Of a DNA stretch of 64,000 bases, positions 1-8,779 are shown one piece after another. Position 1 is the first letter of the stretch, and each line of letters starts with the position of its first letter. A program made the position numbers and the translations under genes. The stretch comes from Escherichia phage EPFV3-03/2025. Under the pieces are notes generated by a model. That model searched no databases and was not told the origin of the DNA. It saw only the letters and a list, made by a program, of their open reading frames with translations. The stretch lies in the sequence record PV435126.1. One strand, written 5' to 3'.

Positions 1-137
1 ATCCTATCGCTTACCGCTGCGGATTTAGCGACTACATCGACAGCTTGGATATTGAGGACGATGAAGAATATCAAGAATTGCAGGCAGAGCTGGAAGAAGT
101 GAAAGAGGAGCTTTCAGAGCTGGAAGAAAACGAGTAA
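1..137 (+). CDS. 3' end of an acidic coiled-coil-like protein (partial, start outside window)
   Basis: Open frame from window start to TAA at 135-137; translation ...EDDEEYQELQAELEEVKEELSELEENE. Confidence 0.4.
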   Translation, partial: PIAYRCGFSDYIDSLDIEDDEEYQELQAELEEVKEELSELEENE

Positions 138-200
138 AATTTATTTTTAGATGGCCTTGACTCTAGGGCCATCAATAAAGTAAACTTTACACTGTTAACA
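138..200. repeat. conserved intergenic element copy 1 (T-run + ATGGCC/GGCCAT hairpin + CAATAAAGTAAA)
   Basis: Near-identical to 3848-3910; diverged copy at 472-530; each directly follows a stop codon. Confidence 0.7.
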
Positions 201-225
201 CTGAACTGATGAGGAGTTAAAACCC

Positions 226-471
226 ATGGCAGCACTAATCACAAAATATTATGCGCCCACCAACACCAAAAGCGCCCGTATCATGGTAAAAGGCTTCGGA
301 CGTAAAAAGGTTTACGCCTGGGACTATTCCCTAGATATGGAAGACAATTATACCAACGTAATGACCGATTTTATTAATGATCTGAATAAACAGATCTTAA
401 CCGACTACAAAGTGACCGATATTGCTTACATAGGTGAAGGCGGGATCTGTTTTGTAGGCATTGTGAAATAG
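226..471 (+). CDS. hypothetical early protein (81 aa)
   Basis: ORF with GGAG RBS upstream of ATG. Confidence 0.5.
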   Translation: MAALITKYYAPTNTKSARIMVKGFGRKKVYAWDYSLDMEDNYTNVMTDFINDLNKQILTDYKVTDIAYIGEGGICFVGIVK

Positions 472-530
472 TTATTTTTTCGGTGGTCCTGGTTGCAGGG
501 CCATCTATAAAGATAATTTATTAACACCAT
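472..530. repeat. conserved intergenic element, diverged copy
   Basis: TTATTTTTT then hairpin TGGTCCTG/CAGGGCCA then TATAAAG, same layout as copies at 138 and 3848. Confidence 0.5.
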
Positions 531-547
531 GAAAGGAGAAAGTACAC

Positions 548-901
548 ATGATTAGCGGGGCTAGTTTTATTATTGGCGCTATTGCTACGGCTTTAATTGT
601 AAACAAGATCCAGGATAAAAAGGAAAGAGGAAGTACCGCCCTTGCAGAATATCCATTTTGGACATTTAACGATAACGAAGATTATATTATAAAGTATAAA
701 AATAAAGAAGGCGACCAAGTAACACCGCGACCGATCCCGGCTTACAAAATGCAGGAAACACTATACCGCTTGGAGGCGGGGGGCGCAAAAATTGTTGACT
801 TTTGGGGATACGACCACACAGATCAGGAAGTTATAAAGCGCCGTATCCGGGCTATTCAGGCCAATATTGAGGTTAACAAGGGGGGAATATATGAAAATTA
901 A
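548..901 (+). CDS. hypothetical membrane-anchored protein (117 aa)
   Basis: N-terminal hydrophobic helix SFIIGAIATALIV; RBS AAAGGAGA. Confidence 0.5.
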   Translation: MISGASFIIGAIATALIVNKIQDKKERGSTALAEYPFWTFNDNEDYIIKYKNKEGDQVTPRPIPAYKMQETLYRLEAGGAKIVDFWGYDHTDQEVIKRRIRAIQANIEVNKGGIYEN

Positions 902-1088
902 TTTCGAGAAAATTGTAAAGCGCCCTCATGATTCCGAAGAGTTGCCAGAACGCCGACAGCGCAACAATAAACTGAATAGGCCAAAAAGGTTTGGGAAGAT
1001 CTGGCGGAATCATTATGATCGTAAATTGCCCGGCCTACTTTTGGAACGTGAACGACAGGCAGAACGATACCGCCATAAAGACAAATAA
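891..1088 (+). CDS. hypothetical basic protein (66 aa)
   Basis: In-frame ATG at 891 with G-rich RBS 8 nt upstream (ORF track frame from 867); terminator follows. Confidence 0.4.
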   Translation: MKINFEKIVKRPHDSEELPERRQRNNKLNRPKRFGKIWRNHYDRKLPGLLLERERQAERYRHKDK

Positions 1089-1096
1089 CAACCAAC

Positions 1097-1124
1097 GCCC
1101 CGCCATTGTGCGGGGCTTTTTATT
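1097..1124 (+). terminator. intrinsic terminator
   Basis: GCCCCGC-cattgt-GCGGGGC stem-loop followed by TTTTT. Confidence 0.7.
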
Positions 1125-1247
1125 TCTATCCTACGAATAGCGCCCCTGGTTGGCCCTGTAAGCGCCAAAAAGGCCCCCACCTATGCAATCGCCCCCCTTT
1201 AACCTGAAAGCATCGCCTAGGGCCGTTTTATAGCGTTAAAAATATCA

Positions 1248-1275
1248 TTGACATCGTCAACAGGTTAGCTATAAT
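1248..1275 (+). promoter_or_regulatory. sigma70-like promoter
   Basis: TTGACA, 16-nt spacer, TATAAT; about 30 nt upstream of ATG 1308. Confidence 0.65.
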
Positions 1276-1307
1276 AACCACATCAAAGAGAGAAAGGAGT
1301 AAACGCC

Positions 1308-1568
1308 ATGCGTAAATTAAAAAATTTTGATAAAGTTGATGTTATCCTGAATAATTTTTACTACTGCAACAACAAGGCTATTTGGTGGCGTGATAGTTCC
1401 ACCGATAAAGTCAGGGCGCGCTTTCTCCAAGGTCACTGGCAAGGCCGCCCAGTGATTAAAATCATGGGGCAATTGGTAGCGTTTAAAAATTGCCGCCGTG
1501 TTGATGACGTTGAAGAGATTTTAAACATTTTGCGCCACAATAATTTAAAAAATAGTGTTGACAAGTAA
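1308..1568 (+). CDS. hypothetical early protein (86 aa)
   Basis: ORF with AAAGGAG RBS downstream of consensus promoter. Confidence 0.55.
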   Translation: MRKLKNFDKVDVILNNFYYCNNKAIWWRDSSTDKVRARFLQGHWQGRPVIKIMGQLVAFKNCRRVDDVEEILNILRHNNLKNSVDK

Positions 1569-1585
1569 ATCTCAATAAGTATAAT
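1558..1585 (+). promoter_or_regulatory. sigma70-like promoter
   Basis: TTGACA, 16-nt spacer, TATAAT; followed by GGCGGGA/TCCCGCC 5' hairpin and RBS. Confidence 0.6.
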
Positions 1586-1642
1586 TAAACACACAGGCGG
1601 GAAAACTTCCCGCCACTAACAAAGAAAACAGGAGAAAATATC

Positions 1643-2266
1643 ATGACCACCGTTAACATTACCACAGGTTACAATTTACCTTTCGACGTGCTGACCGACG
1701 AACAAAAAGAAAAAGCCATTGAAATGGTACGCGAAAGAGAAGAACACAGCGGGGATAATTTTTTTGCAGAAAGCGTAATTGAACACTATAAAGAATATGT
1801 CTTTCCAGAGTACGGCCTTGAAGATACCGAAGTACATTGGTCCGGCTTTTGGTGTCAAGGCGATGGCGCATCGATCAGTGCTGAAAATGTAGACTTAGAA
1901 AAATTCTTGCGTAAAGTCAAGGCCCTGACCAAGTTCAGATCAATTCGTCACTTGTTCGGCACAATGCACGATGGCGAACTATCCGCCAGTATTGAACGCG
2001 ACAAGTACAGCCATTACAGCCATGAAAACACTGTAAGCGGGTACATTGATACCACATGGCTAGATCTGACCGCTAAACAAGAAAACAAAGTGGAAGACCT
2101 GGAAGAACTGATCACCGAGACGGTACGGGAGCTATCCCGCAAGGTTTACGTAGACCTGGAGCAAGCCTATCTTGAACAATTCACTACCGAAAACCTGATC
2201 GGCCTTATCGAGGCCAATGATTGGCGGTTTGATGTGGATGAATATGGCGAGATGACTTTTTCATAA
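1643..2266 (+). CDS. hypothetical protein (207 aa)
   Basis: ORF with AGGAGA RBS; no family recognised by eye. Confidence 0.6.
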   Translation: MTTVNITTGYNLPFDVLTDEQKEKAIEMVREREEHSGDNFFAESVIEHYKEYVFPEYGLEDTEVHWSGFWCQGDGASISAENVDLEKFLRKVKALTKFRSIRHLFGTMHDGELSASIERDKYSHYSHENTVSGYIDTTWLDLTAKQENKVEDLEELITETVRELSRKVYVDLEQAYLEQFTTENLIGLIEANDWRFDVDEYGEMTFS

Positions 2267-2356
2267 ATAAAGTGTTGCAATAACCTAAAAACCTGCTATA
2301 TTAAAACTCAAGGGGGCAAGACGTTTGCCCCCACACAAAACAAAGAGGAAAACATC

Positions 2357-2737
2357 ATGAAAAACACTACTAAAGCTATTGACACCGTCATGTTTAACCT
2401 GGTTACCTTTCGCGAGGATATGAAAGATCTTCCACGTGAAACAGTGTGCGATCACATTGAAAACTATCGCAAACTAATCAAAGAGTTGCCTTTAAAACGT
2501 GATCAGTATGCGGCTAATGCCATGCTTAATGCCATGATCAAAAAGATGATCCAGTGTGATTTAACTCTGGCCTATGACTATGCGGGTGGTCGTTTTGCAG
2601 TATACAATCAGCCCGTGCCAGGTATGGGCACCACCGAAGAATTGCACGCGCTCAATCTAAAACAAGACGTGTGGGATAGTATGCCTCGCGTGGTGGTGTG
2701 GGCAGAAAGCGGAAAGATTTACGGCGATAATTTTTAA
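2357..2737 (+). CDS. hypothetical protein (126 aa)
   Basis: ORF with AAAGAGGAAAACATCATG RBS preceded by GGGGGCAA/TTGCCCCC hairpin. Confidence 0.6.
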   Translation: MKNTTKAIDTVMFNLVTFREDMKDLPRETVCDHIENYRKLIKELPLKRDQYAANAMLNAMIKKMIQCDLTLAYDYAGGRFAVYNQPVPGMGTTEELHALNLKQDVWDSMPRVVVWAESGKIYGDNF

Positions 2738-2801
2738 TCAGGTAACAGGCGGCATATTTGCCGCCTTATTGTTAAACAGAACTGCAAAAGAGGTACATAG
2801 A

Positions 2802-3173
2802 ATGGAATTTATTATTTTGGCTGTATTGGTTGCCTTGTTTAACGCCTGGATCGCTGGCAAGATGGGTAGATCCGCCTTTTTATGGTTTATTATATCTATT
2901 TTCCTGGGGGTGGTTGCAACTATTGTATTGGTTATCCTTGCAATTGTTGACAAGGGGAATAATAGAAAGGGTAAAGTATTTTCAGACCTGTACGACGCTC
3001 AAACGTTTGTCAACGCCTATTATAGTGATCTTCCGGTCTCCTTGCGTTGCAGCCTTGCACAACAAGTTTTCGATGAAGCTAAAACCAGAGATCAAGCCCA
3101 TGAGATATGTTTAACTGAGGCGGATCGCCTATTTGAGAGGAATAGAAAATATGTGGGCCAACCGTTTAAATAA
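2802..3173 (+). CDS. hypothetical membrane protein (two predicted TM helices)
   Basis: Internal ATG 2802 with AAAGAGG RBS; hydrophobic segments ILAVLVALFNAWIAG and FLWFIISIFLGVVATIVLVILAIV. Confidence 0.5.
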   Translation: MEFIILAVLVALFNAWIAGKMGRSAFLWFIISIFLGVVATIVLVILAIVDKGNNRKGKVFSDLYDAQTFVNAYYSDLPVSLRCSLAQQVFDEAKTRDQAHEICLTEADRLFERNRKYVGQPFK

Positions 3174-3396
3174 TGCCATGTTAATTAATCCCTTTAGTGA
3201 AGATTTGAAGCCAGCCGCCTGGCGTGACGGATTCAATAACGAACGCTTTATTTTCAGGCCTGATCTTGAGGAATTTTATAACAATGGATCGAACAACAGC
3301 GGAGATAATTTTTCTTGTGATGTGCGTGGTGATGGTACTCCTGGGGGCCATTGTAAACCACGTCACTACTACCAGAAGGGAAGGGGGAGACGATGA
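3151..3396 (+). CDS. hypothetical protein (81 aa)
   Basis: In-frame ATG 3151 with GAGGAA RBS; overlaps end of upstream ORF. Confidence 0.4.
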   Translation: MWANRLNNAMLINPFSEDLKPAAWRDGFNNERFIFRPDLEEFYNNGSNNSGDNFSCDVRGDGTPGGHCKPRHYYQKGRGRR

Positions 3397-3512
3397 CACC
3401 CAAGGATAAGCCCCGCACCGATAAGGTGCGCCGCGTTATGGTATGGCTTGAGATTATCGCCCTTGAAATATTGCTGGGCGTAGGGATGTACTTTATCGCT
3501 GTAAGTAACTAA
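3393..3512 (+). CDS. small membrane protein (39 aa)
   Basis: ATG overlaps upstream stop (ATGA); RBS GGGGGAG; hydrophobic core VMVWLEIIALEILLGVGMYFIAV; below ORF-track size cutoff. Confidence 0.4.
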   Translation: MTPKDKPRTDKVRRVMVWLEIIALEILLGVGMYFIAVSN

Positions 3513-3648
3513 GAACGGCCCCCGATCATGGGGGCCTATCTTTAAAAAAAATTCTTCCGGGGTGTTGCAATCCGGTCCGGAATGTGGATAATAACAATCA
3601 ACGGGGAGCTAATCCCCACCACCACAAAAACCAGAAAGGAGAAACAAA

Positions 3649-3849
3649 ATGAGCAACAATATCCGCGTTATTAACTTCAAAAAAGAAGAAAAAATTGCCG
3701 TGCTGATTGACGGTCAAGAAATCTTCAAGGGCGACTATGAAGATCATCAAACGGCGATTAGTATCACTCGCGTAATTGGTTATCATAATTTCTACCCCCA
3801 AGGCGCTGAGGCAGCAGTTAAACGAATCAAAGAGATTGTAGGCCTGTAA
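3649..3849 (+). CDS. hypothetical protein (66 aa)
   Basis: ORF with AAAGGAGAAAC RBS. Confidence 0.55.
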   Translation: MSNNIRVINFKKEEKIAVLIDGQEIFKGDYEDHQTAISITRVIGYHNFYPQGAEAAVKRIKEIVGL

Positions 3850-3910
3850 AATTTATTTTTAGATGGCCTTGACTTCAGGGCCATCAATAAAGTAAATTTA
3901 AACCCTGTTA
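3848..3910. repeat. conserved intergenic element copy 2
   Basis: AATTTATTTTTAGATGGCCTTGACTTCAGGGCCATCAATAAAGTAAA, near-identical to 138-200. Confidence 0.7.
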
Positions 3911-3940
3911 AAATAATCAGTGCAAAAAGGAGCAATGATC

Positions 3941-4240
3941 ATGTTTATACCCGCCAATAATCTTTATTTCTTTGATGGTCAGATCGTAGACGGCGTGGAA
4001 GTTGAGATCACTGGGTGCCTCGGCGGTCAGGTTATGACTTTTCGGAATAATGCCTTTGATGATTCTCGTATCGTTATGAGAATGGAAGTTACGAAGCTGG
4101 ACGACAAGAAAGTACTTATTGACTATTCTGTGAAAGATCATCCAGACTACCACATGATCTATGGTGATTTGTGCATTGTTGACCGTGACAAAGTGGGCGG
4201 CATTGTGATCGCTATTGTGAACGATGTTTTCTCTGTATAG
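3941..4240 (+). CDS. hypothetical protein (99 aa)
   Basis: ATG 3941 placed 8 nt after AGGAG; ORF track start 3920 is a GTG upstream. Confidence 0.5.
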   Translation: MFIPANNLYFFDGQIVDGVEVEITGCLGGQVMTFRNNAFDDSRIVMRMEVTKLDDKKVLIDYSVKDHPDYHMIYGDLCIVDRDKVGGIVIAIVNDVFSV

Positions 4241-4464
4241 TTCCGGCAAATGATGCAAAATAAGGCCCCTAGCAGGGCCTGCAGCGATATAATCACATAA
4301 AGGCTATGCGGTTGCATGGCCTTTATTATTTTAGCGTTACAGCGGCCCCCAAGGCGCTTAAAAATTCTTTAAAGAAGTACTTGCATCAAGCCCTACAATA
4401 TGGATAATAGGACGTGTCAGGGGGGCGGCCCCAATCATTAACCGGATAGATAGGAGTTAAAACC

Positions 4465-4749
4465 ATGGCTATTGTTACCGCTGGCGATGTAGTAGAAATG
4501 GAAGCAAAATACTTAAAAGCGGGTATGCATATCTTACGGAATGATCAAGAGTTATTATTAACGATGGTCGACTATAATCCCGGCCAGGATTATCCAAGCA
4601 TCGACTACTTTTTTGAGTATGTTGATGAAGAATTAAAAGAGGATGAGGCCTATTGCGGTGAGTTCTGCAATTTCTTTTGTCCTGATGAGGTTGTAAAGGT
4701 TATCTATCAACCTGGCGTAGCTTTCCCGCTGCACGCTATCAATAAATAA
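4465..4749 (+). CDS. hypothetical acidic protein (94 aa)
   Basis: ORF with TAGGAG RBS; promoter-like TTGCAT...GATAAT upstream. Confidence 0.55.
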   Translation: MAIVTAGDVVEMEAKYLKAGMHILRNDQELLLTMVDYNPGQDYPSIDYFFEYVDEELKEDEAYCGEFCNFFCPDEVVKVIYQPGVAFPLHAINK

Positions 4750-4814
4750 ACCTGGCGGGGCCGAAAAGGCCCCTACAGCATAAAATCATAAAAAATAAAG
4801 AGAGGCAAATCATC

Positions 4815-5048
4815 ATGATGGAACAAATTAAACGCGCTGAGGCTATTAATGGCAATGTGATCTATTTTGTCAGCAAAAACGAAAAAGGCGTACCATATGC
4901 GGCGGTAATAGTACAGCCTGACGGAGATTATTGGTTTACTGTATACGGATCTTATTCTTTTGGGCGTCCAGTGCATGATAAAATTTTGAAAGTAGCGAAC
5001 CCCACCGGGAAGAATATCACGGCAGAAAAATTTTTTGAAAAGTGTTGA
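4815..5048 (+). CDS. hypothetical protein (77 aa)
   Basis: ORF with AGAGAGG RBS. Confidence 0.5.
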   Translation: MMEQIKRAEAINGNVIYFVSKNEKGVPYAAVIVQPDGDYWFTVYGSYSFGRPVHDKILKVANPTGKNITAEKFFEKC

Positions 5049-5123
5049 CATGACCATATAAAACTGTAGTATATAAATCAAAGGGGGCAACAAGCCCCAC
5101 CAACCACAAAGAGGATAAAAATC

Positions 5124-5303
5124 ATGGCTATTATTGCAAAAACTGAGATCGTAGGCTTAGATTCTATTCTCCTCGCATATGAGGAAGCTATAGAAATGTA
5201 TGTGGTTTCCTATGGTGAGTATATCCGTGAATATAAATCTATTGATCTGGCTTTTGAATGTTATATTCGCCAGGTAAATAAAGCATATGATGATTATCGT
5301 TAA
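5124..5303 (+). CDS. hypothetical small protein (59 aa)
   Basis: ORF just under the track cutoff; TTGACA promoter-like site at about 5045, GGGGC hairpin, RBS AAAGAGGATAAAAATCATG. Confidence 0.45.
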   Translation: MAIIAKTEIVGLDSILLAYEEAIEMYVVSYGEYIREYKSIDLAFECYIRQVNKAYDDYR

Positions 5304-5394
5304 AATAGTTTGGCAACAAACAACCATCTAACAAAGCATAATACATAAGGTGGTAGAATGATCCTCCACCCGGAACAAAGAAGAGGTAAACACC

Positions 5395-5640
5395 ATGAAA
5401 AGCAATAAAGGTTATAACGGTTACAAAAACAAAACTCATTGGAATGTAAGCCTTTGGATTAATAACGATGAGTCATTGTACCGGTTGGCCCAAAGCTTTA
5501 TTAACGCTAATGCTAATCGTAATGATGCGGCGCGGGATATGATGCTTTTTCTGGAGCTAACCGGACAAGATAAGACCCCGGACGGCTTCAAGTACAGCAC
5601 TACGGCGATCCGCGCCGCTATGGTTGGAATGAAACACTAA
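5395..5640 (+). CDS. hypothetical protein (81 aa)
   Basis: ORF with AGAAGAGGTAAACACCATG RBS. Confidence 0.55.
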   Translation: MKSNKGYNGYKNKTHWNVSLWINNDESLYRLAQSFINANANRNDAARDMMLFLELTGQDKTPDGFKYSTTAIRAAMVGMKH

Positions 5641-5710
5641 TAGCCGCCTTACCCTGGGGCCGTGGCAGCGGCCCTATGAATAAGGTTACTAACAGAAGAG
5701 AATAAACACC

Positions 5711-5815
5711 ATGAAACAAAAATTAATTGATGCTGTGATCCTGGTTATTGCCCTGGGTATTGGCCTGATTGCAACCATGGCTAATGTGATCTTGTCTTCC
5801 AACGGTATCGGGTGA
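5711..5815 (+). CDS. tiny membrane protein (34 aa)
   Basis: RBS AGAAGAGAATAAACACCATG; single hydrophobic helix AVILVIALGIGLIATMANVIL. Confidence 0.35.
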   Translation: MKQKLIDAVILVIALGIGLIATMANVILSSNGIG

Positions 5816-5824
5816 GGTTGACAA

Positions 5825-6040
5825 ATGATCACTAACAAAACAGGCAAAACAGAATTTTTACGCAACTTACAGATCGGCAAGCCTGAGATCTGGTACTGCA
5901 CTAAAACACCGCGTGACGAAATGAAAGACTTCACCGCCACGCTGAAGCGGGTAAAGATATCCATTACGCAGAAAAAAGCCTTGATAGTGGTGGAAGGTGA
6001 GATCCCTCAAGCCGTTGTTATAGTTGAGCGTACAGCATAG
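5825..6040 (+). CDS. hypothetical protein (71 aa)
   Basis: ORF with GAGG RBS. Confidence 0.5.
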   Translation: MITNKTGKTEFLRNLQIGKPEIWYCTKTPRDEMKDFTATLKRVKISITQKKALIVVEGEIPQAVVIVERTA

Positions 6041-6129
6041 TTTAATCTATACCGTACGCCCCATTAACTAACAAAGCATAAACAGGCGGCGGTAACCGCC
6101 TTAAACGCAGCAGAAAGAGGATAGACAAC

Positions 6130-6414
6130 ATGAAAAAGATGATCGCAGTGGTTGCCCTGGTTATTGGACTTAATGCGCCTGTAATGGCTAAAGAGCTGGC
6201 AAAAGAGGTAGATCTAACTGATATCCATGCCGTCAATCAAATCGGTGTTACTTATCGGTTATGCCTTGCCGCAAAAACTTTCCAGGACGGCACAACAGAG
6301 TACTACGGATTCGAAGGCATCCGGTGCGGTGAGCTTGCTCGCGACCTTAAGGAAGATCCAGACCTGGAGGATCTGCCGATAACCGTAAACGGGAAAACTT
6401 ACGTGAACCGTTAA
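6130..6414 (+). CDS. hypothetical secreted/periplasmic protein (94 aa)
   Basis: Signal-peptide-like N-terminus MKKMIAVVALVIGLNAPVMA; RBS AAAGAGGATAGACAACATG. Confidence 0.55.
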   Translation: MKKMIAVVALVIGLNAPVMAKELAKEVDLTDIHAVNQIGVTYRLCLAAKTFQDGTTEYYGFEGIRCGELARDLKEDPDLEDLPITVNGKTYVNR

Positions 6415-6416
6415 CC

Positions 6417-6551
6417 ATGAGAAAGATAATTATTACCATGGGGATCGTGGCGGCAATGTTGGCGATCTTTCCCTTTATGGTTAGGTATGTGCTGATCGGT
6501 GTTGTCCTGGTAGTCAGCGATCTGGTGTTATATATTAACTCATTGTTTTAG
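6417..6551 (+). CDS. tiny membrane protein (44 aa)
   Basis: ATG 2 nt after upstream stop; hydrophobic throughout; below track cutoff. Confidence 0.35.
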   Translation: MRKIIITMGIVAAMLAIFPFMVRYVLIGVVLVVSDLVLYINSLF

Positions 6552-6559
6552 GTGCGATA

Positions 6560-6751
6560 ATGACAGCAGAAGAAGTTAAAAAAGTACTGGCGGTACTGCG
6601 TTATCATAATCATTGCAAGGTGAAGAATGATCCTGATTATCTTGATTCATCCCTTGAAGAGGATACACTACAAGCCATAAGCAACATGCAAGAATTGCTT
6701 AAGCGTATGACAGAGAAAAACCGACCGGACTATATAGGCGAAAAAGTATAA
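6560..6751 (+). CDS. hypothetical protein (63 aa)
   Basis: ORF with GGTG RBS, followed by terminator. Confidence 0.5.
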   Translation: MTAEEVKKVLAVLRYHNHCKVKNDPDYLDSSLEEDTLQAISNMQELLKRMTEKNRPDYIGEKV

Positions 6752-6761
6752 TCTTTATAAA

Positions 6762-6796
6762 CCATAAAACAGGGCTTGTAATGGTCCTGTTTTTTG
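6762..6796 (+). terminator. intrinsic terminator
   Basis: ACAGGGC...TCCTGT stem-loop followed by TTTTTTGTT. Confidence 0.6.
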
Positions 6797-6880
6797 TTAT
6801 ACTTGTTTCACGGGTGGCACCTGGCGACGGGGGGAGACAATCACCGGTGGTGCCTGTTATATAAAAAACTATAAAAACCG

Positions 6881-6909
6881 TTGACATCTGCCAGGTGGTG
6901 GGGTAACAT
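6881..6909 (+). promoter_or_regulatory. sigma70-like promoter
   Basis: TTGACA, 17-nt spacer, TAACAT. Confidence 0.5.
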
Positions 6910-6963
6910 TTATCTTGAAGGGGCAAAAGTGCCCACACAACAACCAGAAGAGAGGAAAACGCC

Positions 6964-7236
6964 GTGTCAAGCTGGATTAACCAAGAAGTCGAATCACGTT
7001 TTAATGCTATTTGGGATCTCATCGAAAAAGAGGACGGAACATCAAGCCCCTACCTTAATAATCTTGAATTCCATTTTGTGGAAGCGATGAACGCAGAACA
7101 TGATCACGAAGGCGGCGCGGATGAGTTCGCTAAAGGGTATGGCTTCACCAATGCCAACGAAATGATCGAGGCGGTTGTACTCCAGGCTGAGGAAGATTAT
7201 CAATTAAAAACACTTGAATTTTGCCGCCGTAAGTAA
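6964..7236 (+). CDS. hypothetical acidic protein (90 aa)
   Basis: GTG start with GAGAGGAAAAC RBS. Confidence 0.5.
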   Translation: MSSWINQEVESRFNAIWDLIEKEDGTSSPYLNNLEFHFVEAMNAEHDHEGGADEFAKGYGFTNANEMIEAVVLQAEEDYQLKTLEFCRRK

Positions 7237-7297
7237 TAAGATAATGACACGGGCCAAAAGGCCCACCAAACCAGAACCCCATAAAGAGGTAAACATC

Positions 7298-7561
7298 ATG
7301 AAACGTCTTGATCAGCTCAAACTAGTTCAGTACATGGCCTACAAAGTTCTTGAAGTCCAAAAAGGTAGCAAAAAAGAGGTTTGCGAGAAAGCATATAAGA
7401 TCTTTACCCGTAAAAAAGATGATTGGATGTTACGCCAGACCAAAAAGGCTGACATCTTGGGGTACCTGGAAGAAGAGATCCGGCTTGAAGAGCAAGAAGA
7501 GATCCGCCGCAGTGAGGCAGATTATCAGGCAGCTTGGGAAAGCTGGATGAGCAACAAATAA
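7298..7561 (+). CDS. hypothetical protein (87 aa)
   Basis: Internal ATG 7298 with AAAGAGGTAAACATCATG RBS. Confidence 0.5.
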   Translation: MKRLDQLKLVQYMAYKVLEVQKGSKKEVCEKAYKIFTRKKDDWMLRQTKKADILGYLEEEIRLEEQEEIRRSEADYQAAWESWMSNK

Positions 7562-7628
7562 TACAACAAGTTACGGTCAGGGGGGGCAATAAAGCCCCTT
7601 GATCACATAAAAATTATGCTATCCCTGG

Positions 7629-7657
7629 TTGACAGGGATCGGCAGTTTTGCTATATT
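7629..7657 (+). promoter_or_regulatory. sigma70-like promoter
   Basis: TTGACA, 17-nt spacer, TATATT. Confidence 0.6.
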
Positions 7658-7706
7658 CTTTTTTGAAGGGAAGTTGTAAGAAAATTAACTAAGAGGTAAA
7701 AACACC

Positions 7707-8126
7707 ATGAACATTAAATCTAATAATCCGGCATATAGCTTTGATAACGCTTTTTGTCACGGTCCGGCGGCGAAAGGATTCGAAATCGATGGTAAACTAA
7801 TTATTGTCAATGTTGACGGGGAAGAGGTTGCAGTATATCCGGTGGCAGACGTTAAAAGCCGTCTACAATGCCGCATGGATGTTACCGCCTATCAGCTTGA
7901 TCCGGTCCGCATAGTTGCCCTGGTCCTGGAAGAAGAAATTAAAGCAATGCACCACAGCAACAAGTTTATTGGTGACGCTCAAGATAATATGAAGGTATGC
8001 CGCCATAAAGTTAATGAAGTGCTTAAAGAATATGGCTTTAAAGATCTGATGATCAAACGTGAGGAAAAATTCCGCTACCGTAACGACCTGGCAAATCGGA
8101 TTTTTGAAATATACGAATCATTATAA
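7707..8126 (+). CDS. hypothetical protein (139 aa)
   Basis: ORF with TAAGAGGTAAAAACACCATG RBS; last gene of + strand block. Confidence 0.6.
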   Translation: MNIKSNNPAYSFDNAFCHGPAAKGFEIDGKLIIVNVDGEEVAVYPVADVKSRLQCRMDVTAYQLDPVRIVALVLEEEIKAMHHSNKFIGDAQDNMKVCRHKVNEVLKEYGFKDLMIKREEKFRYRNDLANRIFEIYESL

Positions 8127-8145
8127 TTTTTTAACTGAATTATCA

Positions 8146-8170
8146 AGGGGCTTAGGCCCCTTTCTTTTTG
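8146..8170 (+). terminator. intrinsic terminator
   Basis: AGGGGC-ttag-GCCCCT stem-loop followed by TTCTTTTTG. Confidence 0.7.
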
Positions 8171-8779
8171 TCTGCTCTTCCCCATACCATAAACGGCCCT
8201 ACCTGACAAGTGGAATAATTGACGAGCCATCAATCCCGCACACTGTACAAATATACATGTAAAATAGCTATTGCATAACCTTTCATTGTGTGGTAGCGGT
8301 GCTATTTTTACCCGTTTTCTCTCCCAAAATTGCACGTAATGCAGCTATTGCACAAAATTTAACCTGATGCACATCTTCAGTATACTGTCAACAATTAAAA
8401 ATCTTTATAAGTCATACACTTACACAAACCAAAAAGCGTGTCCTACGTGAAAAATCGGGTGTAACTATAGCCGACAGATCTCAGAATCCACGTACAATCA
8501 CCATTCTATAGCCTGCAAAGTATTTATTCCAACCACAGAATAACGGAATAGTCAATACTTGTATAAAATAATTATTCGTGTAAACTGCATAACATAAATC
8601 TTCTCATGTGTCAACATTTTTCGTAAACAGTCCGAAATTGTCACGATAGGTTACTATAATCAGAGAAATCTTTAGTCGTCTAATGTTTACTGTACATAAC
8701 TATACTGACTGGAATCATTAGATGACTAAGAGAAAGATAAGAAATAATTAACAATGTAATTGTTTTATCTGCAACAATA

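Noticed and set aside
898-7022. Minus-strand ORFs in the early block (898-1095, 1659-1871, 1676-1858, 3917-4258, 4773-5093, 5689-5964, 6699-7022)
   Set aside because: Each runs antisense to a + strand gene that has a clear promoter and RBS; they lack RBSs and have odd composition, so they are read as shadow ORFs.
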